DNA of 64,000 nucleotides from Octopus sinensis. Its lineage: Eukaryota. The notes under the pieces were generated by a model. That model was not told the origin of the DNA and made no database searches. It saw only the letters and a program-made list of their open reading frames with translations. The first letter of the stretch is position 1; each line of letters starts with the position of its first letter. The stretch lies in assembly GCF_006345805.1 (NCBI RefSeq), contig NC_043022.1, positions 16,244,001-16,308,000 on the forward strand. The letters run 5' to 3'. The translations under genes were made by a program, and so were the position numbers. Below, in pieces: positions 13,078 through 26,067 of this stretch.

Positions 13078-13299
13078 CCCTTTAGTGTTCGCATTATTCT
13101 GCCAAAATTAATCCTTTTTTATCCACATTATTTTGAACTAATCATGCATTATCTTGTAGCTATGAGATTTTGATGAGGTAGCTGTTAATTTTTAAAACGA
13201 TATTGTAGGGTTGGTGTGAGAGACCAGATCTGGCCAGTTTGAACATAAAACAGGCAGAATACTTTTGGCCGGATATGGCCGGGTTTAAATGCTAAAGGG
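13078..13299. mobile_element. piggyBac-type MITE family 1
   Basis: TTAA duplications at 13074-13077 and 13300-13303; termini CCCTTTAG...CTAAAGGG; 222 bp. Confidence 0.9.
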
Positions 13300-13924
13300 T
13301 TAAAACAAAAAAAAAAATTGTATCATAGAACAAGAGGCAGCCTTAGGCAGTTTGCTGTCAAAAGGATTGAATGGTTTTTGCTGGTTTATTTGTTCAGTAT
13401 AAACTTATGTTAGAATTATGTTAGCTACCAGTTTGATGAAGACACAACTTCATTGATATTCTAACTTTAACTTATCATACCTACATTTACCTAGTGATTC
13501 TTAGAGCCACTACCTTGGCAAAGTACAGTAAAAGTTTTTGTGTCATTGAAGAGAGCCGAATGGAACTGAAGCATGTCCAGAGTTGTTTCCCGTACATGAC
13601 GAATATTAGGAAAATATTAGTCATTGAGCTGATATTATCTTTTCCACATCAGATAAGTATTTCTAAATAGGTTGTTGATGTTCACTGAATTAATTATGAG
13701 ACCACTAACACAACTATTGTATTTAGTTGATGATGGCATCTCTAAGTAATTAACCTCAGTGATTTATTACCAGTGGCATTTAGTATGTGTGTGAAAGAAA
13801 TGAATGTTTGAACATGGGGTGGAAATGAATTGGATGAAGTTGGTGTGGTGGCTGTAGTTTGAGACAGTTTAGAGAACAGGTACTATTTTGTAGCAAGGGG
13901 GTTAAATATATATATTTACATACA

Positions 13925-14246
13925 TACCAGAGTAAGCACGTAAATGTGAAACAAGGTGGAAAAAATAGTACTCGAATACCAGAGGCAGAGTAATATGCTT
14001 TATTAATAAATTATTAATGTGTTTCCATTATTTTGTCCAACCCATGTGACCTCGTGTGTACCGTTGGCAATTTTTTTCCTCTGTCTTCCCTTCTCTGGAT
14101 CTTTCCTTTTCCTATGTTTCCAACGAAGAGCTCCGCTCGAAATGTTAAACCCTCCTTCTTTCCTTCTTTCCTGAGCGTCCAATAATACTATATTTGTTCC
14201 ACATCCTCGCGTTGTTGTGTTTTTTTGTGCTTTCTTGTTTGGATTA

Positions 14247-14250
<4 letters not shown>
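13925..14250. mobile_element. Penelope-like element remnant (two pieces, probably in opposite orientation) flanked by (TA)n
   Basis: Contains the PLE-type hammerhead cassette at 14116-14150. Inverted terminal pieces are typical of PLE insertions. Confidence 0.6.
14116..14150 (+). ncRNA. Decayed minimal type-I hammerhead ribozyme
   Basis: GTTT-CCAACGA-A-GAGC-TCC-GCTC-GAAA-TGTT-AAAC. Stem I (GTTT/AAAC), stem II (GAGC/GCTC) and GAAA are present; the CUGANGA box is mutated. Confidence 0.6.
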
Positions 14251-14283
<33 letters not shown>

Positions 14284-14686
14284 CACACATATGTACATAG
14301 TTATATATGTGTGCACACACACATAGCTTCGTTAAAGAAGTAATAAAGAACTGATCAAAATTTAATGAAATAATGATTATGAACAGAGACTAGCTTCATG
14401 TATATTTTGTTCATTTATAGGAATATCTAACATTCAATTTAAAGATTTACTTAGAAAATGGTTTTGTTAAATTGTAGACTGATTGTAAGGTTTAATTGAG
14501 CATCTTAAAAAAGAAGACAACAACAAAAGAAAAGTCAAGTACTTTGTGTGGTCTTGTTGGCTGTCTTATCGCAGATAGTTTGTTTGCATTTTTCTGTTTT
14601 TCCCCTCTGAAGTCAAATACTTATTGTCAATGTTCAACTCCATCTTTGTTATATTAAGCAGTCTGGACAAATATCTCTTTCAATAG

Positions 14687-14805
14687 GACATTATACTGTT
14701 AGCTTTTCTTCCAAAGAAGTAACTGAATATAACACTTCAAACCGATGGAATACTCCTCAATTCCACATGACTGCTGTTTACAATAGTGAATTATACCACT
14801 TTGAG
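14687..14805 (+). CDS. Candidate internal coding exon, unknown product
   Basis: TCTCTTTCAATAG acceptor, GTATTC donor, 39 open codons (HYTVSFSSKEVTEYNTSNRWNTPQFHMTAVYNSELYHFE). Not recognised. Confidence 0.3.
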
Positions 14806-16364
14806 GTATTCTGCTGCCAGTGACAGGCTACAGGCTGCTGGTTGCATGGTACACCGTTATTAGTTCAGTAATTTATAGCCTTGTTATCAAGATGTTATAG
14901 TTCACAGAAGAGTTTCATAAGTTTCCTTTGTCTGAGAGAGGAAGAGATGCTGCTGTCTGGGAAGGAATCATTTCTTTGGATTACCTTTCACTTGTTTCGG
15001 TCAATGGACTGCAGCCATGCTGGAGCACCACCTTGAAACACTTAGTCAAACAAATCAACACCAGTATCTATTGTCTTTTTTTTTTAAAGTTGAATATCTA
15101 TTCTATCAGTCTCTTTTGCTGAACCACCAAGTTACAAGGACATAAACAAACCAGCACCAATTATCAAGCAGGTCAAAAATACACCCACCCACACACCCAC
15201 ACATACATACATACATACCTACCTACATACATACATACATACACACACATACATACATACATACATACATATATACATACATATATTATATGTTATTCTG
15301 CACCACCTAGATCAATTATGATTTCTACAGACAAAAAGGACAAAGATCTTGTTTTTCTTACTTTTCTTTTCTTTTCTTCTCATTCCACTTTTTGCTTCAG
15401 CATTTTTCTCGGTGTTTTCTTCTTCTTCTCTTCTTTTCTCATAGGCCAACATCTTGGTCTCTAAATACATCTAACGATATGCATGGAACCTGAACGATTC
15501 TTTGCAGATACACAACATGTTATATAAACCTGCCAATTTAGTGTATCCCTAAGCATGAAACTATTAGTAGCTCTTTGTTTACTTATTTGTACACATGACA
15601 AGCTTCCACACAGTTTCCATCTACTGAATTCACTCTCAAAGTATTAGCTCACTCCATTAATATTTGAAATGACTGACCCTAAAAATTACAAGTTTAAAGA
15701 ATCTTTACAATTACTCTGTATTCTTCGTGGTGTGGCAGATTGTTTTGCTCAGTAAATTTCAGCTGAACTAAACATCAGTGTTCCCTCTTTTATGGTTGGA
15801 TGGTCGGCACTAAAATTGGCTTTGGCGCTACAAAACATTGGTTTTAGACATAATCCTGTGAATGTCCAGATTTATGAAGTCATCCATCCAGTGAAGTACC
15901 ACAGCAGAAACTTGTTTTTATGGATTACCTTTATTTGTTCTTTGAATACTTCAAAACTTTTGTGGCTTTCTGTGATTTCCTTGAAAACTTCTATCATATT
16001 GATTCTCTTCAAATGCTTTATTTAATTGCTGTTAAAATAACTGTGACATCAAAAAGACTGAAATTGTTTTGTTTGTTTAATGCAATGATTTATGTCAATA
16101 TTTTACCAAAGCATTACTGCTGAAAAACAAACATTGAATTCACAACTGCTATTTTAGTACAAACTCATGGCGGCAACAGAAGCAGCAAAATTAGCCAGAC
16201 TAAGCTTCTGTTTCCATTTTATTTTATTTCTAAACCCTCTGAAGCTTGTTATGTGTAGCCATGAAAGCTGAGTGCTTAAGATATGGAACCTCTGATACCA
16301 TGTTCATTATATTTTACTTTTAGCCAAGGCAAAGTTGCTCTTATGTCTCAGTCAGTCAGGTTAA

Positions 16365-16586
16365 CCCTTTAGCATATAAACCAGCCACATCTGGCACAAA
16401 TATTCTACCTGTTTTATGTTCAAACTGTCAAAATCTATCTTCTAATGCCTACATTACAGTGTCATTCTAAAAATATACAATCACCTCATGGAAATCGCAA
16501 AACTATAAGATAATGCGTGATTAATTCAAACCAATTAGAATAAATAAGCATTAAATTTGACAGAGAGTAATCCGAATGCTAAAGAG
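16365..16586. mobile_element. MITE family 1, opposite orientation
   Basis: TTAA-CCCTTTAGCAT...AATGCTAAAGAG-TTAA; reverse complement of the 13078 copy. Confidence 0.85.
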
Positions 16587-16847
16587 TTAATCCAAATATC
16601 TTCCACAATTATTTCATACTCAAGTACCTCTTTCAATCTTAATCAACTAAATTTGAAAACTAATATCACAAGTATTTTGTTTATAAATAGCGAAAAGAGG
16701 GCAACCATCTGTAAGCCAAAATGCTTCAACAGTTTACTTAGATGGCTGAATGCATAGAATTATACACTCCATGATAGAATAGAAGAAATAATAAAATGAT
16801 GTTGAATAAAAAAAAGTCTTAGAAACACATACACACACGCACGCATG

Positions 16848-16878
<31 letters not shown>

Positions 16879-18659
16879 CAATTGAATTAAAAATGTATTA
16901 CTTGTACATCTGAGTTAATGCTTGACATTAAAAATTATGTCTGTTATGAAATATTAGTTTAGAAACATTTGTTATGGAGACTATAAGACGAAAAACAGGA
17001 CTCTCGCTAATAGTGTTAATAATAATAACATCTATTTTCATGCGAGGCTTTGTGCAAACTGAAAGAGCTTCTGATTAGCAACTTCAGTGATGATGCTGCA
17101 ACAAGGCTATCCCAAACATCTGTATCCTTCTATAAATATCATTTCTCATGCATCAACCAAAACAAAATTATTTTAGTACCACTGTACTAGCTAATTATTG
17201 ATTATAATTAGGTTAGTGGAATAGCAGAGATAGTAGATTGGTTAACTAAATATGATATGTAGTTATACTCATGTACATTCTTGGGTTCAAGCCTCACTGT
17301 GGTTGAGTTTGTACTTTATTATTCCAAAGTAATCAGTAATAATGTACTGGGATTTTATCAATCAAGAATATCACTTTCCTACAGATTTGTTTCCTTGTAT
17401 CCATATCAGGATCTGTGGATTATAGTAAGAAAATTACCGTCTTTCATCTTGCCCAAGGTGCTATGCAGTGAGATTGAACATTGAACCACATGGTTGGGAA
17501 GCAAACTTCTTACTACACAGCCATACCTTTACCTTATTATTTAATCTAGCACTTCACATCTTTGGTTAAATTGTTATGCTAATTTCTTAATGATATCAGA
17601 AAAAATTTTAAAGGAACTGAAGAACACAGTAATGAAAAATTGGCACTTTGCTTTATTCAAGAAGACCTATCCTTCACAGCGGAAATGTTAAGGCCACTCT
17701 CCCTGGTAAAGAGGATTGGCCTGCAAGAGTTGTGTTGTGCCAGTGCCATGTAAATAGTACTGATGCTGGTGCCATGTAAAATTGCTTGAGTGGTACCACA
17801 TTAAAAGCACCCAGTGCACACTGAAAAGTGGTTGGCATTAGGAAGGGCATCCAGCCATAGAAACCAAGCCGAATCAGACTGAATCCTGGTGCAGCTCTCC
17901 GGCTTGTGAGTTCCAACCTATGCGAGCATGGAAAATGGACATTAAAGGATGATGATGATGATGATGTGCAGGTGTGGCTGTGGAGCACTGGCACGGCTGT
18001 GTGGTTAAGAAGCTTGCTTACCAACCATGTGGTCTCAGGTTTATCTTGGGCAAGTGCCTTCTACTGTTGTTCAATGAAAGCCTTGTGAGTGAATTCGATA
18101 GACGGAATCTAAAAGAAGCCAATCTTACATGTATATATATATGGGTGTGTGTTTGTATGTACCCTTGTCTTGACTTTATATGATGCTTGTAAATGAGCGT
18201 CGCTGTCATAGAAGTGATGTTCTTTGTTTCTAGGAAGGAAGGGCATCTTCCAGCCATAGAAAAGCTACCTCAACAAATTCCAGCTGACCCATGGTAACAT
18301 GGAAAAGTAGACACTAAAATGAGTATTATATATATATATATATATCATTCATTTCATTTAGCATCCACTTTTCATGATGGCATGGGTTGGACAGTTTAAC
18401 AGAAGTTGATAAGTCAGAAGACTGTGCCAAGCTCTACTGTCTGCTTTGGTATGGTTTCTACAACTTGATGCCTTCCATAATGCCAACAACTACACTCACA
18501 AACCCTTAGTTAATCTGTGTAACAAATTTGAACTCAGAACCACGTGTTTACAAAGTGAATTACTTAACCAAAAGGACTAGAACACATTCGAAAACCTACT
18601 GCTTGGTAATATAGTTGCATCAATGGGTTTCATAGAGGGAATTATGATAATAGGAATTT

Positions 18660-18932
18660 TCATTTCAAGCAGAAGTATGTATAGAAGTTATTATGAACCT
18701 GGAAATTGAATATAATTGGTTTTAATGTTAGTTTATATATAAAAGTTAGTTATGTACAAGTAATGGCTTACCAAGAATAAATGTTGTTCCAATATTGAAA
18801 CAGAATTGTCATTATGAAATAATAATCTATAATTTTGTAGCTCCTTTTGATAGAAATCATACAACTTATTTGCATGATGATGGAAAACAAATATTAATAC
18901 ATGATGGAATGTTTCAAAAGATGTTTTTATGT
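18660..18932 (-). other. Candidate exon / 73-nt intron / exon on the minus strand
   Basis: Intron 18771-18699 has a GTAAGC donor, ACTAAC about 30 nt before the acceptor, and a TTCAATTTCCAG acceptor. Upstream frame is open for 53 codons; downstream reads VHNNFYTYFCLK-stop. Confidence 0.35.
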
Positions 18933-19617
18933 CTACGATTAATAGCCAACATTATATAGATTAAAGTGTAATGATTAAAGACATTTTATAGATTAAAGAC
19001 TTAACAATTTAAAGAGAAATGTATATTCATTTTACAGTATAGAAGTTGTTTTTCTTAACTTTTCTCAGTATCTGTAGTTTGAGTGTCTTAAGTAGGCAAC
19101 TGAGACTAAATCGTTTGGATTTCGTAATGAGGATGATGGGAATTGTAGACTCCAGATGCTGTTTGCACACATTTACCATAATAGGTACATCATAAATGGA
19201 GGAGTGTGGTTGATAATGACCAGACCAAAGATCATTCCATGAAAAATTGAAATAGAGAAGATCAATTTGGAGTTTGACTTGCAGCAAGAATATCTAACTT
19301 TATTCCACCCAAAGAAATGATTTAATATTAAATTATCAATAAGCAGAAAAAGAGATTATTAATGATGACAGAACTGTGCGAAAACTATTTTCTCCATTAC
19401 CTGCATTCTCTCTCTATATATGTTAAAGTGATAGAATTGTTGTTTTGGTTCTGAGATTAAGCTAACAGTTTGTATGTGGGTGTATATGTGTGTTTGCATG
19501 TATATATATGTGTGTGTATGACTTGTGCAGTCTACATCATTGACCATATCACTTGGTCCTTTATCTCTTGTTCCTTGTATTGCATATTTCTTCCACACAT
19601 TCGTCCATTGCATTTAA

Positions 19618-19838
19618 CCCTTTAGTGTTCAGATTACTCTGTTAAATGTAATACTTTTCCACTCAAATCGTTTTGAATTAATCATGCATTATCTTATAGC
19701 TTTGAGGTTTCAATGATGTGATTGTTTATATTTAGAATGACATTGTCGGGTAGGTGTGAGAGGCTGGATATGGCCAGTTTGAATATAAAACATGTGGAAT
19801 ATATTGGGCCAGATATGGCCGGTTTAAACACTAAAGGG
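19618..19838. mobile_element. MITE family 1
   Basis: TTAA-CCCTTTAGTGTT...AACACTAAAGGG-TTAA. Confidence 0.9.
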
Positions 19839-21153
19839 TTAAATACTCTGGATCGTATGTAGAAGGGAAAAGAATTGCAGCATTGTTAGATATCAAAACA
19901 TATAATTGGCTTTCTGCCTTTGGTTCCCTTAATTAAAGTGTTTGAAAAAAAAAATGAAAAAAAACAATAAATAAACAGCCATCTCAGTATATGCATCACA
20001 ATCCACATTTATCAATCATTTGTATTGCCTGTCTTGTTGAATGGTACCAAATCATGGGAATTACTCCAGAACAATTTGAAATTTTTGGAAATTTTTCAAT
20101 TGGAATGCTTTTGCCATGTCTTTGAAGTCTTGTGAAATGATCATATTCAGCAAGTGTGCATTTTACCAGCTGACCATTTCCGAATTAATCTAGAGATTGA
20201 TGTTGTGTTGTGTTGTGGCCATGTGAATTAAATGACCTCTTCAAGGTGACCATAGAAATAAGTACATCTCTTTCTGGTTAGTCTCTAAAAGTACAGGTGT
20301 CTGGTCAAAAGAATGGAATTACCCAACAGTGTGCTGCAAGATAATATGCTTCACTGAAATGATCCAAAGAGTATTTGTAGAACTAAAGACAGGTGTAAGC
20401 GGTACTGAAACTCTGGTAGAAATATTGACAGACTTACAAAGAGATTGTCCCTGGATAATTGACATATAAAACAAAGGAGGTGGGGATCACAAGGATTGCT
20501 TTCTGTCTAAAAGATCCATGATGATGAACAAAACACAACAACAAACATAAGAAAAAGAAGTAACCATTTAAAATTGATTTAAAAAGAAAATGATGGTATA
20601 TTTATAAATTACTTTTAAAATTGATTTTGAAGGATGTCAAAGGAACTCCTCAGAAACTAGAGATGAGGTTTCATGATATTGCACGTTTCGTTGCTATAAA
20701 GATTGAAATCAGCTGATCCAATATTGAAACTTTGTTAGGCAAAGTTCAGGGCAAAATTTATTACATTATTAGTGTAACTGTTGGTAATCCCTTAATATAT
20801 TTGATAAGATTAAAAGAAAAAAAAAAAAAGTGGCTGTGATTGACTGATTAATGAAAACATTTGCTGAATGGCTATCTTTTATTCATGAATTTCCTATCTA
20901 TCAATCTATTATTGAACATAAATGCCCCCCCCCTTTTTGTTTTGATTGATTTATTCATTGTTCAATAAATATTAGAAACTATGTAGTCTATTAACTTTTT
21001 CAATGAAATCTATAATCATTTTATGTAATCAAAAATAACAAAAAAAAAACAACAACAACAATGTATTTTTTATTTTATTACTTTATAGTTGGTTTAATTT
21101 AACTTTTCTTCTATGATTTAATAATTTTGATTGATTCGATGTCTTTAACTTAC

Positions 21154-21203
21154 AAGTCAGGTGATATTGTTAGACATAAAGAATGGCTGGTAAGAAGCAA
21201 AAT
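21154..21203 (-). other. Candidate 50-nt exon
   Basis: CTACATTTTTATAG acceptor and GTAAGT donor; only one frame is fully open. Confidence 0.2.
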
Positions 21204-22669
21204 CTATAAAAATGTAGATCTTTCTATTATTTAACAAAATTATATTCTCTCAGAACTTTGAATTGATTTTGCAAGAACTGTATTGTTGCCTTAAATATTT
21301 CGGTCTATAGTTTTGAATCTCCCGATCTTTGTCTTTGTGAACTCTTCACATTACATAATGACTTGAACAGTTCTTCTGATTATAAATAGTCTCCATACAC
21401 AGATTACAGGATAATTCCTTCCAACTTTTGATTTATATTCTCTCTAATTTGGACAAAATCTTGACGTTATTATATCAACCACAAAATTATTCTACCAACT
21501 AGAATATCAATATATGGCATTGCAAAATCTCCTGAAATGTTTCTAGAGTCACACCATCATCATCATCATCATCATAGTTTTATGTCAACTTTCCATCCTG
21601 GCACGGGTTAAACGAATTGTCATGGTCTGATTCATTTCTTACTGGGGGCCACTGCTCCCGTAGACCGGTGCTCTTGCATGTCATTGCTCTTCCTGTCACT
21701 ATCCACTTTACACACTGCAATGGGAACATTTGGCACCAACATTAGAGAGGCCGAATAGAACAGAACAAAAAAGAACGGAACTAAAGGCACTTCACAATCC
21801 TATACCTTCTCTGCTCATTTGCTAATCATTTTATAATGTTTACAAGTTGCTGTTTTTCCATGGTGCCAGCACTGAAGAGATTATCTCACTTTGTGGATAT
21901 GAATTATGCCCATTATCAGTTATATTTCTGATATATTTTTAGTCCCCCCCTCTCTCTCTCTCTCTCTCTATCTATCTATACATACATACATACAAACACA
22001 CACACACACATACATATAAATAAAAGGTTATTTTAAACTATACTGATCTTGAATTTGAATAAATACTTATGAAGTGTATGTTCAAGACAAATGTTTCACG
22101 ATTTTTTTTTTATTATTCAATTTTTTAAATTTTATTTTCAAAAATGTTATACATTAAAAATTAAAAGAAATTACTGTCAATTCTTGAGACAACTCAGAAA
22201 CCACTTAGTAACATTTTGTCTGACAAAGTAAAACATCTTCCATATTGTTAAATAAAGACAGTCTGGCTAGCAGAGCCATGGAAAAGAAGAGAAAAAAAAT
22301 GTCAATATTTCAAAGAAATTAAATAAGCTTTCTTACACTGGTTCTTGAAGAATATCTTGCATGTCATCCACAAATGTTATGGATTGCCAAATAAGTTAAT
22401 TTGAGAGTTTTTTAAGAAGAAAGAACTGAAAATAAACCTCAGGTTCATTGTACGGATGCCATGTAAAAAAACCAATCATGTTCTGATGGTTGCTATTTAT
22501 TTAATATGTAACGATATTTAGTCTGTTATATACAGTGATATTAATAGAAGCAGTGGTATGAAGAAAAGAATATCAGTACCCTAGTAAATAATGTATTTCA
22601 TATATTATTTATAATTGGGCTCCACCATTTCCAAAATTATTTCTTCTTGAAAAGTACACAGTGAGCTCA

Positions 22670-22915
22670 GAGCAGTGGAGTCAGGTAGCTTAGTGGTTAG
22701 TGTGTTGGATTGTAAGGTTGTGGCTTCAGTTCCTGTACTGGGTGGGGTGGGGGGGAGCATTGTGTTCTTGAACAACACACTTCATTTCCCGTTGCTCCAG
22801 TCCATTCAGCTGACAAAAATAAGTAATCTTGCAATGGACTGCCGTCCTGTCCAGGTAGAATATATGCACCACAGAAATCAGGAAACTGGCCCTATGGGTC
22901 TATATGACTTGGGAA
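22670..22915 (+). mobile_element. SINE with a V-domain-like segment
   Basis: tRNA-like head, then CTTGCAATGGACTGCCGTCCTGTCCAGG, which resembles the V-SINE core as I recall it. A possibly related copy lies at about 58420-58610 (-). Confidence 0.6.
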
Positions 22916-23779
22916 CGATTAAAAAAAAAAAGCTCTCAGAAAAGCTTCCACCCTTTAAAAACACTGTGGAAGCTCACTTCTTGAAGACAACTTTCAAAAC
23001 CAATTGTGATTTCATCTGAAATTTTTATACTGTATAGAGATCAAAGTTGGGTCATTGTTAGTTTTCTCATGAGGTTTGGTGCATATGCCAAGACACTGGT
23101 GCTTTCAAATGAGTGTGAAAAACCCAAGAACAATTTACACAGACTTCTGGTTTTCCATGAGAATCTTCTGGCAGTTTCCAGAACTGATTCCAGTCATGCA
23201 AAAGAGCTGATAGATTGTTCAGTAATGATTCCCATGGATCAGTTCACAAACTTTTGCCATTTTCCGATAGTTTGCTCCTGATTGGTCACCTTCAATGTTC
23301 ATAAACCTATTGGATGGAAATTGTAGCCAAATTCCATGACATCTTAACCTAAATGTCATAAAAAACAAAGAAGGACCAATTTACACAGGGAAGTCATAAA
23401 TACTCCTGAGGGATGGCCAACTTTGGAATGCCTGTTGATCATCATAGATCAAGCTTTCTTGGATACCACATGACCGTCATCCACCACTTATCTCTATCTT
23501 CCATGACCTGTGATATTTCTTCTCAATGACAACCAGTGCCATCTGTTAACTGATTAATCTGTCTCCCACATGATAGCAACCATGTCAAGGTACCTAAAGT
23601 AGGTCGTCAATAACCAGTCCTAGCAGTATCCCATGAAATGAACTCTTCCTTCACTAATGGTGTGTGTCACTTTAGGAAGTTTGTTGTAACATCATCCTTT
23701 GGTGGGGAGTGGGGTATTCTTTCTAAGACATTAACAAAAACGGCACAAAGCATTAGCATATAAGTGCCACCCATCTGGT

Positions 23780-24760
23780 TGATGTTCAAGAGGAAGAGGC
23801 ATCCAACCATTTTAAGGAAGAAGTTTTCCTGCCATTTTGCTATTTTTGGATTTCTCAAAAGCTTTTGAACCTTTGATCATAGGCTTGCCCACTGCCAGCC
23901 TGGGGTTGAAACAACTTCAACATAAACAGACCATGTATGAAATATTAGGAATTAAGCACAACGCAATATCCATGATAGACTGGGGAGACAGAGAGAGGAA
24001 AGTAAAAGGATAGGCAAACGCATTTAGAAATCCCACATTTGGATGACAATAAAACAATCACCTGATACAAAAGAAATTACCTGGGACCTCCAGTTCCTCT
24101 ACAACTAATTACAAAATAATAAAATCGTGCACTTTTCACCATCATATCACTGCACCTCATTTTGGTTCATACAAATACCAAATTCACAGAACAGTTCCAC
24201 AGTGAACTAAAAATTCTCTCATTGAAAGGCAAGCTAGGTTATGTTAGAGAAAAACATACTGAACAATGGAATATATAAAGGCTGGTCATAGCTGGAATGT
24301 CTTTGATCATAGGTGTCTGTTTAATCTTTGCTGACTTGGAGCCATGCACCAGCAACTACCTACGAACATGCTTGATCAGGATTGATCTGGTTCAAACAGC
24401 AACAGCAAGAAAAATATTAAAGCTGTCTGTTTATTATGGTGCTTTAAGCAATTATATATGTTGTGGCAACATTTATTTTTCAGTCCATGCTATACGAGTC
24501 TCTCGGAATAATGATTTAATTTGTCCCAATAGAATCTAGATTATTGGCACTGGATGGAAATAATTCCAAATTTCCTGACTACTCGTCTTTCATGTGTTTT
24601 TCCTTTATACTAGATTACATTTGTCCATACAGTTGGATCATTGTTGGGTGCCTTATTTCTCTAAATATCAACATGTCTTAGGGCTGGCTTCAATCATGCT
24701 AATCAATTTTGTTTCTAACACAAGCATTACATTAGTATGTCATATGACAATTGACGTACC
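23780..24760 (+). pseudogene. Decayed non-LTR retrotransposon reverse transcriptase fragments (CR1/L2/Jockey-like)
   Basis: LFLDFSKAFE at 23840-23869 (LDxSKAFD motif), NFLTTR at about 24570, GSLLGALFL at 24635-24661 (GSxLGPxLF motif). Many stops and frameshifts. Confidence 0.5.
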
Positions 24761-25080
24761 TACAATTGTCACTGACTATTCTGAAATTGTTTATTATTGT
24801 GTAAGCAACATTGGAGATCATTTGGCTGAGAAAACTTGTCAAACAGTTGTTCCTATTTAGCATAAAATGTTAAATAATTTAATTGTGGATTGCTTCTGTA
24901 ATAAAACATCATTTGATGACAAATGTATTTCAATAAATATAAACTTACTTCAACTCTAATAATGATATTTACGATATAAATATTGGTTTTGTATTGCATG
25001 AACTTATCGGAGCTTCTTACATCAAGGGAATTGAAAATTAAGCTGTGAAATTGGATCTGTATTTCAACTTTGGTATGCTT

Positions 25081-25164
<84 letters not shown>

Positions 25165-25272
25165 ATATAATATAATATAATATAATATAATATATATATT
25201 ACATATATATATATATATATATATGTAATATAATATAATATATATTACATATATATATATATATATATATAT
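25081..25272. repeat. Compound (TG)n/(TATAA)n/(TA)n tract with a 38-bp perfect palindrome at 25195-25232
   Basis: Direct reading. Confidence 0.9.
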
Positions 25273-26067
25273 AGTGCTCTGTTTCTAAGTTTAGCTCAAG
25301 AGGCATAAATTGTGATGAGCATAAATAGTATAAAATAACATTAAAACAGCAATTGAAGCTATACTAATGTTATGAATGGTTGTCCTCTTTTCCTGCTATT
25401 ACTACCATTTATAATGTTTTCTTATTTATAATGGTTAAAAATGCTAATATTTTTGTTGAATTCCAAATAAATGCTGTAAACGATAGGCTTTCAGTTTAGT
25501 GATACACTAAATAATTCATCTGCTACAAGCTACAATGTTCTAATTATATGCCACATCACAAATAGTCTTTTATAATTGACTTTTTGTGTAAGTTATATTT
25601 CAGAATGAAAGCAAAAAAAAAACCCCAAAAAAACTAAAAGTTTCTGGACATTAATAGAATCAAACTAAAGTTTGTTAAATTGTAATAAATTAAAGGCATA
25701 CAACTGGGTCTATTGGTGTTGTGTTTATAGATGTAAAGTGTATAGTACCTCCTGTAGAAAATACATCATAATTATAATAATTAGAAGAACGGTAAATTTT
25801 TAGTCTCAACTTTCATTTAATTACATTTGTTTCTGAAAACAGCATTCAGAAAATTTAATCATTTGTTACATTTAATTAATACTTTATTTTTTAAGGCATA
25901 TTCTTTTTGGTACTAATTGTATATTCTTGTTTAGGTTTTGTTTATATTTTTATATGGTTATTAACATAACCAGAGTTTGTTAAATATGTTTTATATGGAA
26001 GCAATACTTTAAAATAATTATGTCCAGTTCTTTCTCAATAAAGTAAGGAGTCCACATTACAGATATG

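Noticed and set aside
15929-16028. Minus-strand exon-like unit with good splice sites
   Set aside because: All three frames from the TTTTAACAG acceptor contain stops. The open part (SFEVFKEQIK) resembles a LINE ORF2 C-terminus.
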